A stretch of DNA of 63,947 nt, the filler included, from Kipferlia bialata (Eukaryota): NCBI GenBank assembly GCA_003568945.1. It is 5 parts of 4 records of this genome, joined end to end, with 100 filler letters (N's around TTAATTAATTAA, not from the genome) between each part and the next. Parts side by side here need not be neighbours in the genome. Positions count along the whole stretch, not along the records: positions 1 to 21,803 come from BDIP01000315.1; positions 21,904 to 43,705 come from BDIP01000316.1; 3 more parts are not named here. One strand, given 5' to 3'. Within the stretch, counting starts at the first letter, position 1. Each line of letters begins with the position of its first letter. The position numbers and the translations under genes are program-made. The notes under the pieces are model-generated. The model ran no database searches and was not told the origin of the DNA. It was given only the letters and a program-made list of their open reading frames with translations. Below are positions 12,801-22,376 of this stretch, in pieces.

Positions 12801-15800
12801 GAGAGCAGTCCCTCAGTGTCGGACAGACAGACAGACAGACCGACCACAGAGACACCGGCACCACGTCTCTCTGAGTCTGTCCTCTTAATGAGTCAGATGG
12901 GGGTGGACCCTCTGTCCCTCCCCATTCCCTGCCTTTCCACATCCAGCGTGCGTCTCTCTAGTACTGTGTCAATGCTCAAGTCCCGCGGCTGCCTCTCCGA
13001 CAGTGGCATCACCCCCACAGGTTCCGTCGTACTAGAATCCTCCCTCTCCGTACCGATGGCCCAGCTGGTCTCTCTAGTGGAGCCCCATGGGGAGAAGGTA
13101 CTCGCCTGTGAGATCGGTGCCATCGTGTGCCACCGCGGATCAATCTTCAAGAAGAGGGAGAGGCAGGTTCCGTCCAGGATAGAGTCCACGCTGTCCAGTG
13201 ACCTCTTCTACCACTGCCAGGTATAGGGAGATGTCATCATTCATTCAAGCCCAATGTCTAGTATCTCACACCAGGTGTACCGAGAGTGGTTCTCCACTGG
13301 AACAGTCCATGACAACAAGTGTGACGTGTGTGGCACAGAGGTATCCGACGCAGAGATGGAGACATACCTGGGGTGTGATACATGCAGGCAGCAGTTTGCC
13401 CAGATCTTTGGTCCCGACAAGCCCGTCCTGGACCACGATGCCCTCTGTGATGTCAGCCACGCTGTCCTCCGTGCTCTTTGTGCCTGTGATACTGCTGGAC
13501 TGGGATCAGAGGCCGCGACACCACTCAATGTCGCCCACAATCTAGAGAGCATGTGTGTCTCGAGCGAGTCTGACTTCTCCAGTGACCAGGCAGAGTTACT
13601 GGGCCGGGCCCTAGCCCAGGTGTATGGCAACCAGATCTACCAGAGAATGAGGGCCTCGAAACACGAAACGAGAGCCCATGGTGTCTCTGGAAAGTGCCAA
13701 CCTGCACTGATATCCACCGATTCCGAGCTGTTCCACAGTGGAGAGACAGACTCCCTCTTTGTCTCTCTGTCTCAGAGCCAAGTGAGACCTAAGAAGGCTA
13801 AAGGTAGGCCTGACACTAGGATGAAGAACGTGGTGGATCTCTGCCACCCTCTAGAGCTCTCCTGGCTACCCGATCAGGTTCAGGATTCCATTAGGCAGAA
13901 TATGTGGACGACTGAGGCGTGCTTGGTGCAGGAGAACATCGGTTTCGCAGCAGTCCGAAGCCTCCAGGACGACCTTAACTGGTGCAGGGAGGTGGCAGAT
14001 CTTGCTGTGCTCTCATACAACCTGGAGGCCAGCACCCTCACTGTGTATGCCCCTGCCAAGCATGCTGCCAAGGTCAAGGCCTTTGCAGTCAGGGGCATTG
14101 CTGAGTCCTTTGAGATATACAGGGACTACCAGGACAGCGTGCCCCTAGGGGGTCGGTCCAGGGTCATTCTCTACAGGGGTGGCCAGGTGAAGATGGTGTC
14201 TGAGAGAGAGGACCCCTGCAATGTGCTGTACGCCGACATACCTGCGCACATTCACACCAACCACCACCTCAAGCAGTGGGTCATACAGGCCCACGGGATC
14301 AAGAGGGACAGGATCAACTGGGTGTCATTCCTGGACGGCATAGTCAACTACAAGTCCGAGGCTGATGCCTCCAGGGCCAGACAGGACCTGCTGACACAAG
14401 GGATTGTGTCGGATGAGCAGCGACTTGGAGCCACTGTCCACGTCCAGGCACACTCTCTGCTGAGTCTGAAGGCGGCACTGAAGGCAGATGGGGTGTCTGT
14501 CGTCGAGATTAAGGACGCCTCACCCGACTCCCGTTCCCTCATTATGCAGAGCATGCCAGTGTCTCTGACCGAGGAGGATGTGCTCAGTATGTGTGGGGAT
14601 AGTACACCCACTGGTATAGACATATCAGCTACTCCAGAGGACACTTCATCCATCTCCCTCTCCTTCGCTTCTCCTGCAGAGTGTTCTGCCGTTCGTGCGG
14701 GTCTGACAACCTCAGCCCCCCCCGCTCTAGCCGACGCACTCAGGGACTCTGGGCAGGTGCTATCCACCTACAGTGTCGTCTTCCCTTCTCCCCTTGAGGC
14801 TGACGCCTTTACCCAGTCCCCCGTGCCCCCCCTATCCATGTACTTATCAGACTGTCACGGGTACAGCAGAGTGTATGTGAGGCGGGCCAAGTACTTCCCG
14901 ATGCAGGCTCTCTCCGAGACCCTCTTCAAGAAGTATGCCTCAGGTGGGCTGGAGGATGTGCGTGTAGAGGAGTGTGGGTCTGGGAGTGGAAGTGGCAAGC
15001 ACGCAAGTGAGACGAAGATGGTCACCTTCACCGGTCTCCCTAGTGTGTGTGGAGATGCTGCAAGAGAGCTCACTGCCCTGACCTCCCCTCTAGTCTATAA
15101 GGTCCACTCGAGACGGCACCAGATTATGTTTGAGGAGCTAGGGGTGGAAGGAGAGGGACAGCTGTCTGAGTGGTGCAAGGACTCTGCAGGCGGGAGTGGG
15201 TGTGGCCTGGGGACAGACACTGTCTACACCAACCACAACACGCTCAAGACGGTCAACTTCTATGGGCCCAGGGAGGCCTTTGATGAAGTTGTGACCGAGA
15301 TCAGAGGCTACTTCCAGGAGCACTTCATGCCTCGGTTCGACAGTATCGACCTCGGGGCTGATGCTGTTGAGCTGTTCAAGGCTAATGGAAGCGGAGACTC
15401 TCTCATCCGCGGTATCAACGAGGGACAGCTGTCACGGTATGGGCGTCTGGAGTACCAAGATGGCGAGAAGGCTCTTCTGATCTATATGTACCCCCTCGAT
15501 GAGTGTGAGAAGCTCCACACCCTTGCTGTTAGCACTGGGACCCTTGTTGAGACATCCAGCACTCAGGAGCCCTCCTGGGAGGTGCTACAGGCGGAGAAGC
15601 GCGTTGTCCGCGAGACCATACTCAGCTTCCTCGAGGGCGCAGGGCACACTGAGTGTGACCGCACTTGTGTGTACTGCCAGGGAGAGGCCGACGAGGTTCT
15701 CACCATCTGTGGCCACGCCTACTGCAAGAGCTGCATGTCGTGGGAGTGGGAGCAGAAGGTGGAGGAGAGAGGGGGGCCAGTCACGTGTGCCAAGTGCAAT

Positions 15801-18800
15801 GAGATGGTATTCATCAAGCACCTGAAGGGCTGCTTCTCTCCCACAGAGTACAAGGACTTGTGTGTCAAACTCGCCAACAACTACCTGGCCGACCACCCGA
15901 AGGACCCCCTGGGTATGTGTGTAACAGAGGAGTGTTGCAACGTGCTTGTCAAGGCCGACGGGTACCAGACCTGCCCCCTGTGCAGACACGGTGTGTGCGT
16001 GGCCTGTGGGGCTATGGACGCAGAGAGCCACCTGGGTGTGACCTGTGAGGAGTACATGTCCCAGCAGCTGAGGCACGGCAGCCTGCACCACCTGGGCGCT
16101 GTGCCTCCCACCCCGCTGAGAGAGGATATCTCGCGGTACCTGGCAGGAGAGAGCACCCAGACCAGGACGAAGGGAACCACACTGTTCCTGACATCGAGGG
16201 TGGACCTGCTTCCAGAGGGCTGCCCCAGTCTGTGCCAGGAGACCGAGGGGTTTGCATACCTCAGGTATGTATGATATTAGTGGGCTGGAGTACTGATGAG
16301 ACAGGTCTATAGGGGCATATATATATATATGAAATCACTTATATAGCCTCTTCTCACCCCAGTGCCTCTATGACCGGAGATGACCTCAGAGAGGCTGTGT
16401 CTAGGAGTGAGCTCAATGCCCTGGTCTTCTTTGGATTGAAGGAGCAGCTTGTCAGGGGAATACTACACGATGTAGTGGGTGGGGTGTTGAGTGGCTGTGT
16501 GGAGGGATTGAATGGAAGGGAGGCCTTGAAGACGCTCTGTGTAGAGATGCATCAGCAGAAGGCCCTACCCTATAAGGTGCACTATTAGTAATGTGAAGTA
16601 GTACTGACAGTGCATGGTTACCTAGAAATCCTTATCGGCCACTCTCATCCCCAGAAGCACCTACCCCTGTGTCACCTGGTTAGGGGTGCTATCAGGGAGG
16701 TCACTGCCAGATACGAGATGATGGACTCCAAGGAGGGCATGGACCTCATCAGGAGGTACAGGGAGTAGTAGGGTATAGTTATGTATACAACCCACACTCA
16801 CCCCAGCGTCTACCGCAAGGACAGACTCTCCGACCGGTACACGAGCACTGGTGTGAAGCTGGGCAAGGGGTGCTATGGGATGGTCAGACAGGTGGGTGGG
16901 GGGCATCGCGCTGTGGGTGTTGGAGGCACCAGTGTGTTTGACAATGTTCTCTGACAGATTACTACACTTGGTCCAAGTCCACTTCTTACTATCAGTTCAA
17001 GAGGAACAGTGACGGTAGGCTCTTTGCCGTCAAGGTCATCATGGACCTCAAGTACAGGTGTCAGGTGGGTGGGACGAAGAGTGATCGAGTAACTAATATT
17101 CACGGGAGGCTAAAGACTCCATTCATTGTCAGTCTTCTCCCTGCGAGCCGCCAAGTCTCTCTAACTCTCTCTCTAACGATACAGTCCCCAGAGTTTGCCG
17201 CGCACCAGGTTGCTGAGACCCAGGCACTGAAGCTGCTGCAGAGACAGGAGGGATACCAGGGAGGATGCACATGGTGGGTGTGACGGCATATGACCCACTT
17301 CTCTAGTATGCCTCTGTATCCCTGTCCTTTTCTGACTATGTAGGCTGGAGGAAGCCTTCCTGGATGATTCCCCTGATAAGGATGTGACGAAGAGCATGGC
17401 GGATCAGAACGAGGTGGGATCTGTACTTCATTCAGTTGTTGTGTCTGCCACCATACATGCTGCGATGCACCCTCCCTCACCCCTAGCGGCTTGTGCTTGT
17501 CTTTGAGCTGGTTGATGGCTGTGAACTGGAAGAAGTGATGGCTGCTAGAAAGCTGGCTGGTGTCACTAGTAGCACGCCTCCTGCCATGAGCCACCATGAT
17601 GTTATCGATGCGGCAGAGGCAACCAAGGGGAGCTGCCGTGGAAAGACACGGCTGATGAGCATCCCCATCGCATTCGTCATGTCTCACATGCTGCAGGTGC
17701 GTGTGTGTGTCACTCCTGTCTAGCACTCCCCTGGTGTTCACTTCGCCCTGTCTCCACTCTCACCCCCAGGTGCTGTCTGCCATGCACTCTCTGCAGCAGT
17801 CCAACATCATCCACAGGGACATCAAGGGCGCCAACATCATGGTGGGGAGGGATGGGAAGGTCAAGCTCATCGACGTCGGTCTCTGCAAGATGCTGGACCT
17901 CGGGCAGGTATGTCTATGTGTGGTGATATGCACATGGTTACTGATGCTTCTTCACACATATACCTGCCCTTGCTACTTCCATCCCTTACCTCTAGTCCAC
18001 TGTGCTTGGTCAGACCGAGATTGGGACACCCAACATCAGGGCACCAGAGGTGAGTGTGTGTGTGGAGGTGACAGAGTGAGATAGGGTGTGCGCCTTGAGA
18101 CTTCGATATAAGGAGTGGCATGCTCTGATCCCTCCAGCTACTAACCAACAGATGAGAAGCGGGTCCCATGGAGTGGCAGCTGATGTCTACTCTGCTGGAG
18201 TGCTGTTCTACAAGGTGGGGTCGATCTCATCGACTGCTGATTATTATGGTATCATTTCTGGCGATTCGGTACCTGGAATTGTTCTAGTATTACTCTCTAT
18301 CATCTATATCGTGTCATGAAGGTATACATTTAGATTTTTCAGCGACATTGTCACTAGCTGACATATCGACTGCCGACAGTCATAGCTGACCCTCTTACCT
18401 CAGTACATATGTGGCCTACACCCCTACCAGGGAGATAGCAACACAGTGGCTGGCCTCGGGTAAGTGATTGTATAATCTAGGATTGACGTGTATTCATTGA
18501 GCAGTGCGTTCACAAAATACCTATGTCGCCCTAGACCCCCCTCCTCACCCACCCCAGCCACAACCAGGACCAGCAGAACATCACTCGCCTTACCCTGGAG
18601 GAAACAGGTTGGTGTATTCGCGTAGATTGTCGCTCGCTGTGGAAGTGTTGTTTACCCACGCACTACTGTCGGTACCACTGAGTACGTCGTATATCCTTAC
18701 CCCCAGAGGGTGTGTCTGGACTGTCTGGTCTTGTGCACCTGATGCTGTCCTTCGCAGAGGAGGAGAGGCCCTCAGCCGATACCTGCCACGACATCCTGAC

Positions 18801-19249
18801 TGGTATCATAGCCATCAATGGCCCTGTCAGAGAGTGGGACCAGGGTAGAAGGGAGGCTGTGGCCAAGCTGACATCAGCCATTGGGACCATAGCTGAGGTG
18901 GGTGTCACTCTTTGTGCAAATATTCCTAATGCATCACCCGAACCTCTACATATGCACGCACTGACCCTCTAGGCCCAGTTGGAGAGGCACGCTGCCCTCA
19001 CCGAGGCCCTCCAGGACGGACAGGGAGACGAGGTACTGAAGCATTCTTCAGCTAGATATACACCTCTGTAACCCACTGTGCTATTCCGCTTGGTATTCCC
19101 ACTGCTATCAGGTTCCATCCTATTACACATACCGTTCTAACCATCAGGATAAGCTGGAGGCCGACCTCAAGAGCAACATACAGGCTATCGAGGCCCAGAG
19201 AGAGATATCCCAGGTGGTCAGTGAGTGCCAGATCAACTTGGCCCATTAG
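9837..19249 (+). CDS. ~2,550-aa multidomain protein: CBM48/AMPK-beta-type glycogen-binding domain (partial), 2x CCCH zinc finger, degenerate DEAH helicase RecA1, HA2, OB, RRM/KH-like region, RING, IBR, Ser/Thr kinase, coiled coil; 5' end unresolved
   Basis: 20 phase-compatible exons traced by hand: 9837-10673, 10787-12000, 12086-12217, 12280-13220, 13275-16264, 16363-16576, 16655-16755, 16807-16891, 16996-17064, 17185-17273, 17344-17413, 17487-17696, 17770-17907, 18014-18049, 18152-18214, 18404-18459, 18558-18607, 18707-18897, 18973-19032, 19148-19249 (TAG). Motifs: LPAGTYEYKYVVDGTW; CHHKMACYSKNCPFRH; CRSELHCKDPNCPYTH; CVYC..CGHAYCKSC..CAKC; CVTEEC..CPLC..CVAC..H..C; LGKGCYGMV, FAVK, HRDIKGANI, DVG, APE, DVYSAG. 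Confidence 0.8.
10729..10772 (+). repeat. 9-bp tandem repeat (ATTGTCTGC) x~5 inside an intron
   Basis: Directly visible in intron 10674-10786. Confidence 0.9.
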
Positions 19250-19509
19250 TGCCTTGTAAGTGCCATGTACCCTAACCCCAACTCGTTGAACAGCCGGGTC
19301 TGAATGTCTGGGAAGGGTTCTCTTTGTTACGTGGTTCCTCCAATAGGAATCACAGGCATCATAAACGTCATACTGTAGGACCAACGTGTATAGTGAAGCT
19401 CTATTGAATTTGTATCGAAGTGTAACGAATGATATTATATATATTATATGAACCATGTACTAGCACAGTACACTATAAAGGGGAATGGGAGCCACTGCCG
19501 ATCACCACT

Positions 19510-19564
19510 CACATTGACATCACATTGACATCACATTGACATCACATTGACATCACATTGACAT
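19510..19564. repeat. 11-bp tandem repeat (CACATTGACAT) x5 overlapping the transporter stop codon
   Basis: Five perfect units; the minus strand reads ATG TCA ATG TGA. Confidence 0.95.
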
Positions 19565-21747
19565 GAGGCTGTACACGCTGGTGGCTGAGTTGAGTAGGCC
19601 AAACAAGGCCAGACCTACCCCCCACCATGACAGGTGCCACCTCACCCTGGGGTCAGAGCCACCCTCGGTACCCAGGTGCCTGGCCTCCCTGTCCTCTCCC
19701 ACCATGTCCTCGGGGTCACTGGAGGACTCCCCCTCATGCCCTTCCAGACTGTCCCCCTGGCCCCACCTGCTGGGGTTGCTAGGCCCCCTAGGACGGGAGG
19801 ACACTGCCTGTCTGTCAAGCAGGTCAAGGGCCGAGGGAGATGGGGGAGGCGCCTCACCCTCGCACCACTCTCTCTCCATCTCCTCCCTCTCTGCCTGGCG
19901 TCTCTCTCTCTCCCTCTGCTTCGCTGCCTCTCTCTCTGTCTCTGCATCAACCTCCACCGCATTGCCCATCTCCAGGATACGGGCCCAGCGCTTCTCCCTG
20001 ATGTGAATGAAGGACAATAGTATGGACTATATATATACAAAGCATAGTCACTAACTCACTTGAGGGAGGGCACGTCGACTGAGTTAGACCTAGCCCTACT
20101 AAGAGTGGATACCCCAGGTCTCAGGCGGTGTCTCCTCTCTGTCTTGTCAATCTGTGTCTGCACCACATCACTATCCCTCTCATTGATGTCTGCCTCTGTG
20201 GGTGTCCCATCCTCCCCCTTCCTCTTGGGTGTCTTGACCTCTACTAGACTAGCACTCATGGCCCTCAGTCTGGGACTGGGCAGCCTACCGTTGGCAGCCT
20301 CCTCTCTGGCCAACTCTCTCTCCCTCTCTAATGCAGCGCGTCTCTCTCGCTGCTCAGCAGCAGTGAACTGGTTCTGAGGTTAGATGTAGTGGGATCGCAT
20401 ACACAAGTATATAGGGGGACATACTCCACACATACCGCCCTAGGGTTGAGAGCACTGAGTGAGCGTGCCACTGAGATGGACATACCCCTGCCCCTAGTGG
20501 CTATGGAGTCCATACGGTGTCTGATAGAGGTACTGGCAGTCCTGGTGTTACTGAGGGAGAACATGATGCATATACCACCAAAAGCTTCCAGAAGAGTGCA
20601 AGGCCTCACCTGACACTGGCGTAGTCCCTCTGACCTGTAACCATAGCGACAGTGGCTGCTAGGATACTGCCCTCTCTCTCTCTCTCCCTCTGCGATATGC
20701 TGCCCAGCTCTCTCTCACACACAGATATACTGGCACGCTGGGCGGCTGAGAGACTGGCCCTGGTCGACACACTCTCTCCCTCTCCCTCTCCCTCTGCCTC
20801 TGCCTCTGCCTCTGCCTCCCTCTGTGCCATACCCAGCATAAGCTCCCCCATGCCCTCTCCATCCACTATGGCAGCCATCTGCCTCTCTATCTCCCCTGCC
20901 CTCTCTCTCCCCCTCCTCCTCATGTCGTCTATGGCACTGTCACCCATAGAGGTGTCTGGGGTCTCAAACCTAACGGCCACCAGGGCAGGCACCAGGAAGA
21001 AGAGGATGGTGCCAACTGTGCCACTCAGAAGCACTGAGGGTGAGGGGGGCTTTGTATCATGTGGGGCAGATCGATGAGAGAGTATGGGAGGGTGTGTCTG
21101 CCATAGTATATGCATATACCCACCCAGAATGACACTCATGGACGGAGTGATGATGGCTATGACAAGTGCCAGGGTATATGCTGTCAGGGAGACAAGGGTC
21201 CTGGCTAGGGACACTCTTGAGGCACGCACTGGTAGTCAGCACCTCAACAAGATTGAACTCTATGTCTCTTTCTGAGCATGAACACACCTTTGGCAAGTGA
21301 GACTGTGGCGTCCCTGGCACAGTGACACACCATGGGGTAGGCACAGGTCACCATCACAGTCACCATCACCTGGGGGTAGTATATATATTCATATATATAT
21401 GTGGAGAGAGAGAGAGAGAGACAATCACCATGACGACATATGTAGACAAACTAGGGAACGCATACATATACATCAGTTACCTGAGGGGGTAGGGATGGTA
21501 TATGCAGATGCCGATGGATATGTATATACTCAGGGAGTGATACATGTATCACGTACCTTGAGTATAATGGCCAGTCCACTGCTGTCCTTGAAGTTGAGGA
21601 GGACGTTGTCCTAAGGGGTAAGGGTAAGGGAGAGAGAATGTGCATTACAAACTTGGTGTAATCACACTGTACCTGTGTATCGTCCCCAAATATGGCAGTG
21701 CCACACATACCAAACACTGCACCCACAAGTAGCACAACGGTGAGGCC
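19553..21747 (-). CDS. Amino-acid transporter, Aa_trans/SLC38-like family, C-terminal part (5' end lost at the linker)
   Basis: Spliced peptides GMCGTAIFGDDTQ|DNVLLNF, VMVTCAYPMVCHCARD, LALVIAIITPSMSVILVLLSGTVGTILFFLVPAL and a final TM WWGVGLALFGLLNSATSVYSL match the Aa_trans C-terminal TM pattern. Confidence 0.8.
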
Positions 21748-21803
21748 TGGGGGTGGGAGAGAGAGAGAGAGGGGGGGGGGGGGGAACTATACTCAACCCA
21801 CGG

Positions 21804-21903
21804 NNNNNNNNNNNNNNNNNNNNNNNNNNNNNNNNNNNNNNNNNNNNTTAATTAATTAANNNNNNNNNNNNNNNNNNNNNNNNNNNNNNNNNNNNNNNNN
21901 NNN
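21804..21903. other. Artificial contig linker N-TTAATTAATTAA-N
   Basis: 100-nt N spacer with a six-frame-stop 12-mer at 21848-21859. Confidence 0.95.
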
Positions 21904-21951
<48 letters not shown>

Positions 21952-22376
21952 TTTCCTTCTCCCTTTCAATCCTATTGTATGACCAAGCAAATCACGTGAG
22001 AACTACCTCATACACAGTAACTCTCTCCCATACCCCCCCCCCCATTCGATATATATTACTTATACTACACTATCTCCAATATCGATAATTTAATGCACCG
22101 GACATACCATGTATTAATAAGGAACAAGTATGTCTATCTAATTAGTACTTTTGTAGTAAATGTCTACATACATATACCAGTACGACGTAGTGAATATATA
22201 TTCTTTCTAGCAACTAATTGAATATTGTATAGATTCTCCATCATCTGTATGTCTTATGTTATACCTTATATGAGACCACCCACCAGTCCAGCCAGTAGTG
22301 TGTCATATATTCATATCTCTTATATATATCTCCTATGTATATTAAACATTGAACATAAATAGATACCAATGCACAG

